Counted from the first letter of the stretch, positions 52,214 to 63,487 are shown. The stretch: DNA of 64,000 bases from Escherichia coli (GCF_044324875.1 NZ_CP172185.1), one strand, 5' to 3'. The notes: generated by a model not told the origin, from the letters alone. Program-made: numbers and translations.

Positions 52214-52238
52214 CATGAAACGTTCCGGGCGTTTCATG
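52214..52238. terminator. Hairpin between convergent genes (catgaaacg-ttccggg-cgtttcatg)
   Basis: Perfect 9-bp inverted repeat between the 3' ends of the plus-strand ORF and the holin. Confidence 0.4.
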
Positions 52239-52289
52239 TTCCCGGATTTTGTTAAAAGGTATATTATCCCCTCACTCCCGGGATATTCG

Positions 52290-52562
52290 TCATATTTCTT
52301 TTGGTGCCTTTTTCGCAATCTCAGCCACAGCATGTGCCGTAGCCGGAACATTACCGGCATTAGTTCGTTCCAGAATTTCGAGCAATATGCGGGTTCGTTT
52401 TTCCTGCTCCCGTTTGTTAAGGCGATAAGTAAGAACGCCAAGAATGATACTGAACGCCACGCCGATAATAAATCCCCAATCCTGCAGTGACAGGCTGGCA
52501 AAGAACGCAACAAGTCCTGCGCTGCCGTATGCAGCGTTACTGTATCGTTCGTCCATTCTCAT
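52290..52562 (-). CDS. Holin (class II, phage 21 S-like)
   Basis: 90 aa with two TM segments and charged C-terminus, upstream of the endolysin. Confidence 0.7.
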   Translation of the reverse strand: MRMDERYSNAAYGSAGLVAFFASLSLQDWGFIIGVAFSIILGVLTYRLNKREQEKRTRILLEILERTNAGNVPATAHAVAEIAKKAPKEI

Positions 52563-52977
52563 AGTCCCTCACCTCCGCCATCCGACATTACGGACGGCAG
52601 CAAGTCAGAATCTCGTTATAAAAAAGCCGCACGAAGAGGCTGTTTGTTCAGGTATTTTATCCAGTGCGCCGTAAAACCCCGACCTTCAGGGTGTGGAGGA
52701 TGTCAACATCAATAACTGACATTCTGCCCAAAGCTCCCGAAGATTCCCTTTGCACAATTTCACTGACCGGATCTCAGCACAAGCCACAGGGAATGGTCAG
52801 TGTGACGCTCTCTGTGGCCCCTCCTGAAAAGCCCTGTGGTTTAATCGCGACGGACCTGGCGCGGATATGAAGCAGGCCGTGAGCACGAGCCTGGAAATTT
52901 AGTGCCGACTACCGGAATTGAAGTGGTGGCCTGATGGTTACAACTAAACTGTTCTGCCGACTGAGGTAAGTCGGCGC

Positions 52978-53054
52978 TGGACCGCCACCGGGGACTCGAA
53001 CCCCGCACAGTCAGCTTAGAAGGCTGATGCTCTCTCATGATGAGCTAGTGGCGG
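52978..53054 (-). tRNA. tRNA-Arg (anticodon UCU)
   Basis: Folds by eye: 7-bp acceptor (CCGCCAC/GTGGCGG), D arm, anticodon loop CTTCTAA, T arm CGGGG-TTCGAGT-CCCCG. Confidence 0.7.
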
Positions 53055-53055
53055 T

Positions 53056-53131
53056 TGGTGGCCCTTGCTGGATTTGAACCAGCGACCTGGCGATTATGAG
53101 TCGCTCGCTCTCACCACTGAGCTAAAGGGCC
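53056..53131 (-). tRNA. tRNA-Ile2 (anticodon CAU), ileX/ileZ-like
   Basis: GGCCCTTTAGCTCAGTGGTGAGAGCGAGCGACTCATAATCGCCAGGTCGCTGGTTCAAATCCAGCAAGGGCCACCA; very close to E. coli ileX. Confidence 0.8.
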
Positions 53132-53253
53132 GTATGCGGAATAATACTTATGCCAGTTTTGCTCTGCAATACCCTTCCCTGATTAAATCCTGCATATTGG
53201 CCTACACATGGTAAAAGAATTTGAGCGGTCAACAGAAAATTACTCAGGCAATA

Positions 53254-53967
53254 TTAACGCACTCTGACTACATTAATTTCGAAGTCATCAATCTGCCCGC
53301 TATTAAGTATAACGAATGTAGAACTCCCATTACTGTACGATTTCGACAACACCAGCCTGTCATCATAGCGTGCAAGAACATAATACCAGACACTATCATA
53401 GTGGAGCATCTGATATTCCTTCTTAAACTGGGGTTTGTACCAACCGGCAATAAGTGAAAATCCCCAGAAATAGATCATGAATTCGACCATCATACACTCA
53501 ATCCAGTGATGACGAATAAAAGACATTTCCGAAAAACATTTGACTGAAATAAGTCTTCTTCCTGACCTGACAAAAACCGTAATTATTAAGGCAGCAATAA
53601 CGCATAAAACCAATGCATCTAGCGCAACGCGTCGATGAATTACTGAAAACTCCAGAGCAGGCGGAACAAAAAGCAACAATATCGCCAGAAAAAGTCTGAT
53701 AAAACTCAGATCCTGCACATTATTTTTTTGTTTGATCCCCAGGAAGAAAACAACACCGACTCCCCACCCAATCAGGAATATAACAATGACTGTAACGGCA
53801 TAAAAAAGGCTTCTGGCCACATCATCGACACCAGCCCCAACCACCCACCATGGGAAACCATAATAAAAGGATGTACCCCAGCCATAAAAGTAAGCGCTTC
53901 CCCACCCAAGACATCCCATATAAGCAACAAAAAGTGAAGAGTACCTGAGCAGAGTACTGTCATCCAT
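53254..53967 (-). CDS. Aromatic-rich polytopic membrane protein of unknown function (AT-rich cargo)
   Basis: 237 aa with several TM segments and soluble C-terminal domain; lies between Q-like gene and tRNAs. Confidence 0.55.
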   Translation of the reverse strand: MDDSTLLRYSSLFVAYMGCLGWGSAYFYGWGTSFYYGFPWWVVGAGVDDVARSLFYAVTVIVIFLIGWGVGVVFFLGIKQKNNVQDLSFIRLFLAILLLFVPPALEFSVIHRRVALDALVLCVIAALIITVFVRSGRRLISVKCFSEMSFIRHHWIECMMVEFMIYFWGFSLIAGWYKPQFKKEYQMLHYDSVWYYVLARYDDRLVLSKSYSNGSSTFVILNSGQIDDFEINVVRVR

Positions 53968-54103
53968 AGCAACACCATTAACAACTCAAAAACATAACAA
54001 TATATTGCATAACAAATGGAGCTCCATGTAGTCAAGAAGCTTCATAGCAGGAAAAACTCATAGCACAATAGCTATCACATTTAATGTTCTGTGTCTTTTT
54101 CAG

Positions 54104-54134
54104 GTATAAAAAAACCCACTCGGCGGCGGGTTTT
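54104..54134 (-). terminator. Intrinsic terminator downstream of the Q-like gene (candidate tR' of the late promoter)
   Basis: Minus strand AAAACCC-GCCGCCGAGU-GGGUUUU followed by a U-run. Confidence 0.5.
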
Positions 54135-54217
54135 GCTTGATTTGCCATTACGTACAAAATCGGCAGAATATCAAATTCACACGAAATATATGCCTTTTAA
54201 TCTACTTTTGCAATACT

Positions 54218-54892
54218 TTACTGTGAAAATGCCGCCTTTTGTTTTGAACGTGTTCTCGTCACAAACAATAAAGCCTCACTATCCAGCCGGTGAAAAATGT
54301 GTTTCATTGCAATCCAGTGACCAGTAAATGTTTTGGACCAGTTTTTGGCTGTCACTCCCGCCAGTAATGCCAGATCCTGGTATTCGTAACCTTCCTTACC
54401 AAAAATTTCTGCTTTTACTGCCTGCGCCGCCAGCCAGATTAATTTTTTCAGGCGTTCCCGTGTTTTCTCTGCAATTTTCCTGTTGCCACAATGGGCCTTA
54501 AACTCTTCCCATGCCCAGTGGGTTATAGTGACCTGATACTCCCAGCAAATACTCCCGCTGTAACACCACAACAACCAGGCTTTCTGATGTTCTTCAATAG
54601 ACAGAACCGCCCGCCGCCATGATGATGTCGAAAACTCAACCGGGCTGACCAGGGCAATTGATGAGCCTTTCGCCAGCGATTGTTTTCCCGGGATTGGTGG
54701 ATTATCCCGCGTTATCATTTTTCCAGTCACTTCATCGCGGTACCGGATTTTTTTACGCCTGTAACGCCCTGTATCGAACATGGCATTCTCCTGCCAGGCT
54801 TCAAGCTGACCTTTTGTTGCCCCACTCAAATCAGCGGTGGCGATAATGAGCTGCTCACGCACAAACTGTAAATACTGGTTATTCATGCGCAC
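54218..54892 (-). CDS. Late-gene antiterminator Q-like protein (Qin QuuQ-type)
   Basis: 224 aa directly downstream of rusA and upstream of the terminator/lysis region; call is by position and size. Confidence 0.5.
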   Translation of the reverse strand: MRMNNQYLQFVREQLIIATADLSGATKGQLEAWQENAMFDTGRYRRKKIRYRDEVTGKMITRDNPPIPGKQSLAKGSSIALVSPVEFSTSSWRRAVLSIEEHQKAWLLWCYSGSICWEYQVTITHWAWEEFKAHCGNRKIAEKTRERLKKLIWLAAQAVKAEIFGKEGYEYQDLALLAGVTAKNWSKTFTGHWIAMKHIFHRLDSEALLFVTRTRSKQKAAFSQ

Positions 54893-55248
54893 TCCAGTTC
54901 TGTGATTTTTATCCCCAGCCGCCCACCAGGAACGGGCTGACCGCGCACAATATTAATTTCATCAAACTGCTCGTCGTCTATGAATAGTCCGGCATGCGTC
55001 AGTGCATCCAGTGGTGCCTTCAGGATATTGTCCAGGTCGCGGCGGCGCTTATCCGGTGGCTCTGCAATAATTTTTATTGCCAGCCTTCCGGACAGGTTTA
55101 ATTTCAACCGCTGTTGGCGAACAATTAACGCCACATCCCGGCGATAACGTTCACCGACTTTTGATACAAAATATGTGCTGCCACGACGTCGCCAGTAAGT
55201 ATTCACCGTTGGCGGGTAAGGCAAAACAAATTCTATGTGTTCAGTCAT
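54883..55248 (-). CDS. rusA: RusA Holliday-junction resolvase
   Basis: 121 aa; RRRDLDN motif and overall match to RusA. Confidence 0.85.
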   Translation of the reverse strand: MTEHIEFVLPYPPTVNTYWRRRGSTYFVSKVGERYRRDVALIVRQQRLKLNLSGRLAIKIIAEPPDKRRRDLDNILKAPLDALTHAGLFIDDEQFDEINIVRGQPVPGGRLGIKITELECA

Positions 55249-56397
55249 TTATGCATTCCACTTCAGGACGCCCGAATTTTTCGCGTGCATTAAAAAACAA
55301 ATCAACAACAACAGCTGGCTGCCGTGTTTTTCTTCAAATTCTTTTACCCCGGCATGCAGTTCGTTGTGGCATTTACGACACAGCGGAATAACAAATAAAT
55401 CGTCAGCCTTTGTTCCCATCCCTCCCAGTCCATGACCAATGATGTGATGCGGATCATCTGCCTGATTGCCACACGTCATGCATTTCTGCGTTTTTACCCA
55501 GCGCGTGTATACGGGCATCTCTTCCCGTTGTGGTTTCTGGCGCCGGAGATACTGAGCCGGAGAATCGGGATCAACGGTAAGGGTGACCACCTTATTTTCC
55601 TGTGGTCGGTTCTGTTGCTGGTGGGTCGGCAGCACAAGATTTTTTGTGCGCTGTTTCAGTATGCTGGTGGCGGTCTTTTCTCCTGGTATGATGTCGCTTT
55701 CGCGGTATACAGAGCGTATTTTTTCCGCAGGTAATCCCATCGAACGACTCAATACTGTCTCGGGTAGTGCATCCGTCACCTGATTGCACACCGCCCACCA
55801 GCATAATTCAGCCAGCGATAATTCCCGCTCCTGCGTGCCGTTCATTGCATGGCGTATGACGTCAATCATCCATTCTGCCTGGTTTTGTTGAGCAAGTTGC
55901 TCAAGTGATTCGGATGTCTGGTCACGCAGCTGGTTGTCGCAGTGCCAGCACAACACCATCGCTCCGGTACCGTAACGATGTATGACGGTTTCACTGTGAT
56001 GATAGTCACCATGAGGCCACTGGCAGGATTTGACATGACGCAACAGCCAGTCAGACAGTGCACCAGCGCCGCCGGCAGCACGAATCACACGCTCATTGCT
56101 GAAAAATGGGAGTAATGATTTATCTTCCGCCAACGGCTGGCGAACGGCAGGAACGACTCCGGACGGCAGACCGCGCATGCTTTTCGGTTCAGGCTCCACC
56201 AGCACACGCCCCTGCATAAACAAAGGCATCGCATCAGGACCGGGTCTGAAAAGTACAATCCCCAGACGGTGAGCAATTTCAGGTGTCACTAATACCCTCA
56301 CGTTACCTCCAGATCCGTTGCTGGTACGTGCGGGATGGACGCGGTGGGCGTTCGGAATAAGGGAGCCTGACGGAGATGATCCAGTACAGGCGGTCAA
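55249..56397 (-). CDS. DUF968-type protein with C-terminal HNH-like zinc motif (YdfU-like); start uncertain
   Basis: C-terminal CxxC...HHIIGHGLGGMGTKADDLFVIPLCRKCHNELH. Confidence 0.6.
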   Translation of the reverse strand: MTACTGSSPSGSLIPNAHRVHPARTSNGSGGNVRVLVTPEIAHRLGIVLFRPGPDAMPLFMQGRVLVEPEPKSMRGLPSGVVPAVRQPLAEDKSLLPFFSNERVIRAAGGAGALSDWLLRHVKSCQWPHGDYHHSETVIHRYGTGAMVLCWHCDNQLRDQTSESLEQLAQQNQAEWMIDVIRHAMNGTQERELSLAELCWWAVCNQVTDALPETVLSRSMGLPAEKIRSVYRESDIIPGEKTATSILKQRTKNLVLPTHQQQNRPQENKVVTLTVDPDSPAQYLRRQKPQREEMPVYTRWVKTQKCMTCGNQADDPHHIIGHGLGGMGTKADDLFVIPLCRKCHNELHAGVKEFEEKHGSQLLLLICFLMHAKNSGVLKWNA

Positions 56398-56635
56398 GAC
56401 TTAGGTCTTTCTGAAACTCGTAACCACGTCTGCGGTAGTTCTGAATTAGCCACTCTGCCTGTTCTTCAGTACATGGATCATGCCGGAACCAGTCAGATTT
56501 GAATGCGTGTGAATGCCGCCCGTGCCTGCTGGCAAAGACGGCGAGATTATCAGAATTGTGTAATCTGGTATCGTGCGCCATCCGTTGTCTCTGCTGGCGC
56601 AGCAGGTGCCAGTTGTTCAGGCTGGCTGGAGGCAA
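56303..56635 (-). CDS. Hypothetical nin-region protein
   Basis: 110 aa ORF; overlaps the extended start of the next gene so one of the two starts is wrong. Confidence 0.4.
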   Translation of the reverse strand: MPPASLNNWHLLRQQRQRMAHDTRLHNSDNLAVFASRHGRHSHAFKSDWFRHDPCTEEQAEWLIQNYRRRGYEFQKDLSLDRLYWIISVRLPYSERPPRPSRTYQQRIWR

Positions 56636-56716
56636 TATTGTCTCTGATTTCTGTTGTCGTCAACAGGCAGCGTGCTATCATCGAATGGTGTTCTATCCTA
56701 CTCCGTGAGGTTTACC

Positions 56717-56974
56717 ATGCGTACAACCCAACAATTCAGTATTACATTAACTAACGAGATGGCTGACATGGTGCGCTCCCGTGTGGCTTCCGGTGCCTAT
56801 GCTTCAGAAAGCGAGGTCATTCGTGAAGGGCTTCGCGCACTGAATGAGCGCGATAAAGCAATCGAAGCGTGGTTAACGCATTCAGTCGCCCCCTCTCTTG
56901 ATTCTATCCGCGAAAACCCAAACAACGGACGCTCCATTTCACAGGTTCGCGCCGCGATTAGATCCGGGAAGTAG
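56717..56974 (+). CDS. ParD-like type II antitoxin (ribbon-helix-helix)
   Basis: Start at internal Met (MRTTQQFSITLTNEMADMVRSRVASGAYASESEVIREGLRAL); 6 bp before the toxin gene. Confidence 0.7.
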   Translation: MRTTQQFSITLTNEMADMVRSRVASGAYASESEVIREGLRALNERDKAIEAWLTHSVAPSLDSIRENPNNGRSISQVRAAIRSGK

Positions 56975-56979
56975 TCTGC

Positions 56980-57279
56980 ATGACATTTGAAGTCATCATT
57001 ACCCCCGAGGCCGAACAGCAGATAATAAACCTGCACAGATATATAACGGAGAAAGCAGGAGGCGTCATTGCTGACAATTATGCCAATGCGCTTCTTGATT
57101 ATCTTGATGGGTTTTCTGCATTTCCGCATCGGGGCAATAAACGCGATGATATTCGCCAGGGGATGCGGGTAACTCATTTCCGCCACAGAACGATTATTGC
57201 TTTTGCCGTTGATGACAATAAAGTCTTTATCGCAGGTGTTTATCATGGCGGACAAAGTTATGAAACCGATTTCTTATAA
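56980..57279 (+). CDS. ParE/RelE-family toxin
   Basis: 99 aa basic protein immediately downstream of the antitoxin. Confidence 0.7.
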   Translation: MTFEVIITPEAEQQIINLHRYITEKAGGVIADNYANALLDYLDGFSAFPHRGNKRDDIRQGMRVTHFRHRTIIAFAVDDNKVFIAGVYHGGQSYETDFL

Positions 57280-57361
57280 ACTTGTCCCCACAGAATTCCG
57301 GTGTTAGAATAAAATGTCCGCCCGCTCTCTTGCTGGCGGATTCGTAAGCCATATAAATCAA

Positions 57362-57397
57362 AGCTCCCGACTCATGTTTGTGTCGGGAGCTTTTTTC
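57362..57397 (+). terminator. Intrinsic terminator after the toxin gene
   Basis: agctcccgac-loop-gtcgggagc followed by six T. Confidence 0.65.
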
Positions 57398-57483
57398 AAC
57401 GATTTATCCCCAACCGCAAATAGAATACATCACCAGCGCCTCCGCCATTGCAATTCCTGCCGTTGTGAATGCTTCAGGCCAGG

Positions 57484-59926
<2,443 letters not shown>

Positions 59927-59954
59927 TCATGCCCTTCCTGATAATTAATCTCGC

Positions 59955-60131
59955 TCATTCATCGCCCCACTCATCACAATATGCTTCGACCGGAGTTTTT
60001 CCTGCTTCGTAGTCATCACGCCAGGCTTCAGCATCAGCAGCACTTCCACCACGTAACTCTGCATAATCCATTAACAGTTCATGCCATTCTTCAAAACTGA
60101 CGTTGTATTTAGTTGAACCAAAACCAGCCAT
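59955..60131 (-). CDS. Hypothetical small acidic protein (58 aa)
   Basis: Hand-translated ORF below the ORF-track cutoff; its ATG lies 20 nt before the stop of the upstream ORF. Confidence 0.3.
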   Translation of the reverse strand: MAGFGSTKYNVSFEEWHELLMDYAELRGGSAADAEAWRDDYEAGKTPVEAYCDEWGDE

Positions 60132-60306
60132 TTTGTTCTTCCTCTTCGTCTTTTATTTCGTGATATGAGTAATTGCAGTAGTTAAAGAAAATTTCTTTTG
60201 CTTCGTCATGAATTTCATCAGGTGTTGCGTCATCGTCCACTTCGAATACATCCTCAAAATCTCCACCAGCTATTCCAGTTTCAATAATTATTTTGAACTT
60301 TCGCAT
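60109..60306 (-). CDS. Hypothetical small acidic protein (65 aa)
   Basis: ORF in phage early-right region. Confidence 0.35.
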   Translation of the reverse strand: MRKFKIIIETGIAGGDFEDVFEVDDDATPDEIHDEAKEIFFNYCNYSYHEIKDEEEEQNGWFWFN

Positions 60307-60399
60307 TTCACTACCGCCCTTTCGGGTGGCCTCCTGCTGTTCTGAAGGTGCAGAAATCCCTCCGGTTAAGGATTAAATTTTTAACAGTGCTAAATTTAA

Positions 60400-60756
60400 T
60401 TATTCAGTTCTGGATTTTGTCACCCTGCGTATCCGCGCTTTCGCGTTACGCTCAATCTGAATTAGCTTTTCTATATTTTTTCGCCTTTCCCGTTCCTCCT
60501 GGCGCAAGAGCCTTACATCATCTGCCAGTCTGGTTTCTCTTTTCGCCACAGAGAGCATCCAGTCAAATGGCTCCACAACTGCACCGCAGATTTTACAGCG
60601 GACCTGACGCTCTTTTTCGTCAACCCGGACAGAGGCGTGATGACAATATGGTCTTTCCGATGGCTCATAAAGAAAATTAACCTGATTACGTGGGTCATCC
60701 TCTTTTACCGGAAATAAAACAATATTACTTAACTCATCTTCTGCTTTTATTTCCAT
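60400..60756 (-). CDS. Hypothetical zinc-ribbon protein
   Basis: 118 aa with CHH...CxxC motif and basic C-terminus. Confidence 0.45.
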   Translation of the reverse strand: MEIKAEDELSNIVLFPVKEDDPRNQVNFLYEPSERPYCHHASVRVDEKERQVRCKICGAVVEPFDWMLSVAKRETRLADDVRLLRQEERERRKNIEKLIQIERNAKARIRRVTKSRTE

Positions 60757-60809
60757 GCTCCTCTCCTTTGATGCGAATGCCAGCGATAATTGAAGCCTGA
60801 TAGCTAATT

Positions 60810-61265
60810 TTACTCACAGCCCCCCTGATAATTTCCCTGATAAAACGCCAGCACGCGCTGCATAACTTCGCTCTTCCTGCACTCGCAACAGATTATGTTC
60901 TGACGCCTGTCGTAGCGGCGTATTTCTCCGTCTGGTAATGACCAGATAAGGTCAGGATCAACCACAACCGGTTTTTTCACCTTTTCCCTTGATAGTTTTT
61001 TGCGGGCGTTTTGCCAGTCTTTACGCGCCTGCTCAGACGGGAATAATCCGTAGCCTGAATTGTATACATCACCACTGGCAACCAGCTCTCTGGCAAGAAC
61101 GCTCAGCAGATATCTTGTCGCACCTGTTTTCGCTTCCAGTTGTCGTAACGTCTCGCGCCCGCTCTGTCGCACGAGTTCGACAACCTGCCTCTTAATTTTT
61201 TCCCGCTCTTCCTGTGTAAATACTTTTTTCACAAGTCCTCCTGAAAAATCTCCTTCACAATTCAT
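60810..61265 (-). CDS. Hypothetical nin-region protein
   Basis: 151 aa ORF with 4-bp overlap to the P-like gene. Confidence 0.45.
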   Translation of the reverse strand: MNCEGDFSGGLVKKVFTQEEREKIKRQVVELVRQSGRETLRQLEAKTGATRYLLSVLARELVASGDVYNSGYGLFPSEQARKDWQNARKKLSREKVKKPVVVDPDLIWSLPDGEIRRYDRRQNIICCECRKSEVMQRVLAFYQGNYQGGCE

Positions 61266-61725
61266 ACAAAACCAGCCGCTTTCCGGCGTTCATACTCCTG
61301 TTTCAGCAACTCAATTGGCGTTGGTCCCGACGGGCGTTTGGGGGCCGCCAGTTGTCGCCGGACTGGCGGAACGCTGAGGCCCATACCAACATGCTTTGAC
61401 CATTTCGTCAGTTGCCGTTCTGCAAACCGTTTTAACTCCCCTTCGGTCATCTGGCGTTCAATCCCCTTTGAACGCATCTCGAGGCATATGTGATACAGCA
61501 CAGGCTGAGACCACGGGTATTTATCGCTTCCGTCGTATCGCCAGGACTCATTGCGCCAGCGTCGGTACTCCTCCATCACAGCACCCACCGTCAGACCGAA
61601 TGGATTGGCCCCGCTTTCCGGAATCAGTGCCACAAACTCAGCCAGGTCAGGAGGCCATGTTTCACCCGCCCGGCAGCGGTCCATGCACTGGCGGCAGACC
61701 TGCCGGATTTGCTGCTCAGTCATCG
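61262..61725 (-). CDS. Replication protein P-like (helicase loader); start uncertain, ORF could extend to 61927
   Basis: C-terminal region resembles lambda P (YPWSQPVLYHICLEMRSKG...); start set to the Met overlapping the upstream stop. Confidence 0.55.
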
Positions 61726-62726
61726 CGCCAATCTGTGCAATCCAGAGCTTCGAAGGTGCGGCCCCGTTCTTCCGGGTCCAGCGGTCCGAATAAACCTCCC
61801 CCATGAGTTCCCACAGCTTCCAGGCTGTTTCCGTCGCTGATAAATCCGTTTTCACGTTCCCACTGCTCACGTGCTGCCCGAATTTCCTGAACTGCCCGTG
61901 ATGCGGTGCCACCTGGTGCTGCTGCATGGTTCACCCCCTTGCTGACTGGTTTAACCTGCGCCCTGACGTGATTTACGTGACGGGCGAATTTCTGCTCCCA
62001 CTGAACCTGTGTGAACACTTTCCCCTCCGCCATCCAGTAATCCCGGAAGGCGGCAAGTTCAGCAGGTGTAAATTCCGGTTCCGGCAAAGCCGCTCCCCAC
62101 AACGCAGCCCGCCGTCGAAAATCCAGCGACGGATGCCAGCCATCGGCCATCGGAAATTTCCCGATGGGTTCACTCATGCCGTCCAGATATCCGGGCTCCG
62201 TTGCCTGCGATGGCGTACCGTTCGACTCACTGGTCGGAGCACTCTCGCGCACGCGCGCGTTATGTGTGGGGTTTAATTCTTTATCTGTATCTTTATTAGT
62301 TGCCTTTGTGTTTGCGTCATGTTCAAACACCACACCAATATTTGTTTGAACACCTGTTAAATCTCTCTCTTGTTTTGTTTGAACATCTGCTTCCTTTCTG
62401 CTTCTTCTGGCCTGAACAGATGCTTTTCCGGCGGCTGATTTTTTGGTTAATTTTTCCCTGACTGATGCCAGATCTTCCTCAATCCGAAGATGCACCCATT
62501 CATCGCCGTTATCGTGAAAAAACTCCCGCAAGGATGGCTCCACATCAGCCCATCGCTCATTAGTCAGACGGGCAATTTTTGCCAGCCTGTTTTTAGGTAT
62601 TGGCTTTCCTGTTTGCCAGTAATTGAACATCAGCAACAAATATGCACCGTGCTCCTCTGCTGATAAATGCATGGTGTCAGCCAGGTAATCAGCGATGTAC
62701 AGTTGCATGTATGGTAATGCGGCCAT
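61716..62726 (-). CDS. Replication initiation protein (DUF1376/YdaU-like N-terminal domain, O-analogue)
   Basis: N-terminus YMQLYIADYLADTMHLSAEEHGAYLLLMFNYWQTGKPIP typical of DUF1376. Confidence 0.65.
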   Translation of the reverse strand: MAALPYMQLYIADYLADTMHLSAEEHGAYLLLMFNYWQTGKPIPKNRLAKIARLTNERWADVEPSLREFFHDNGDEWVHLRIEEDLASVREKLTKKSAAGKASVQARRSRKEADVQTKQERDLTGVQTNIGVVFEHDANTKATNKDTDKELNPTHNARVRESAPTSESNGTPSQATEPGYLDGMSEPIGKFPMADGWHPSLDFRRRAALWGAALPEPEFTPAELAAFRDYWMAEGKVFTQVQWEQKFARHVNHVRAQVKPVSKGVNHAAAPGGTASRAVQEIRAAREQWERENGFISDGNSLEAVGTHGGGLFGPLDPEERGRTFEALDCTDWRDD

Positions 62727-62796
62727 AATTGCCTCTTCTGATACCGAATTCCTTAATCACGTACTACCGAAAGCGATCCGGTATAACTATTGCCAG

Positions 62797-63222
62797 TCAG
62801 TGCATCACCACAGCATTACCCGCCGGGCCACCACGATTCATCTGATTGAAACCGGCGATTGCCACTGCGATAAAATCATCAGCGTCTCTCACCAGCCGTT
62901 CTCGTGTCTCCAGCAGCTCCCTGAAATAGGCTGAGCTGTGGCTACGCATTCTGGCCACCAGCAAAGGCGGCATTGCCTTTTCGATCGCTGGTAGTAACGC
63001 CTGAATTTTTACAACCGCATCAGGGGTGTCTTTCTCCACCCAGCGGAAAATTTTCTGGGTATTACGGGCCAGGGCTTCGGGATGGCTGTCGTCATACAGT
63101 TCCGGGAACGTCATACCCAGCTCAAAATAAGCCCGGGTTATTTCAGCTGCCGGAACTTTTTCGCCATCAGGACGCGCCCAGGCATTCATCGCCATGCGGA
63201 TGTGTTCATGCTTGATTTTCAT
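62797..63222 (-). CDS. YdaT-like regulator (CII-analogue of Rac-type prophages)
   Basis: 141 aa beginning MKIKHEHI, downstream of the Cro-like gene. Confidence 0.55.
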   Translation of the reverse strand: MKIKHEHIRMAMNAWARPDGEKVPAAEITRAYFELGMTFPELYDDSHPEALARNTQKIFRWVEKDTPDAVVKIQALLPAIEKAMPPLLVARMRSHSSAYFRELLETRERLVRDADDFIAVAIAGFNQMNRGGPAGNAVVMH

Positions 63223-63487
63223 GAATCAAGCTCCTAGTAAGTGGTTGTGTTAACGTTTTGGTATCTTCCAGCTCGGGCCAAATATTCATCCAATCAAAAG
63301 GCCTTAGTTGCTGACGTGTAACTTCACCATTACTGGCTCGCTCAATAAGGACACATAACGATGCCCCTAACATTTGACCTTTACTCAATGCCTTTCTTAG
63401 ATAACCGATGCTAGTACCACACTCACATGCAAACATACGCTGTTCATCTGACGAAAGAGAATTGAGAAATATTCTTAATTCTTCCAT
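63206..63487 (-). CDS. Cro-like HTH regulator (YdaS-like)
   Basis: 93 aa; C-terminal segment ...CVLIERASNGEVTRQQLRPFDW resembles YdaS. Confidence 0.6.
   Translation of the reverse strand: MEELRIFLNSLSSDEQRMFACECGTSIGYLRKALSKGQMLGASLCVLIERASNGEVTRQQLRPFDWMNIWPELEDTKTLTQPLTRSLIHENQA

Noticed and set aside
52172-52513. 113-aa ORF overlapping the holin in another frame
   Set aside because: The overlapping 90-aa frame has holin-like TM topology; this frame has none.
52903-52977. Third tRNA gene downstream of tRNA-Arg
   Set aside because: Acceptor stem and T-loop are present but D arm and T stem do not pair; kept as a probable pseudogene, not annotated as a feature.
54091-54327. 78-aa plus-strand ORF between the Q-like gene and the membrane-protein gene
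   Set aside because: Overlaps the terminator and the 3' end of the Q-like gene; more likely regulatory DNA than coding.
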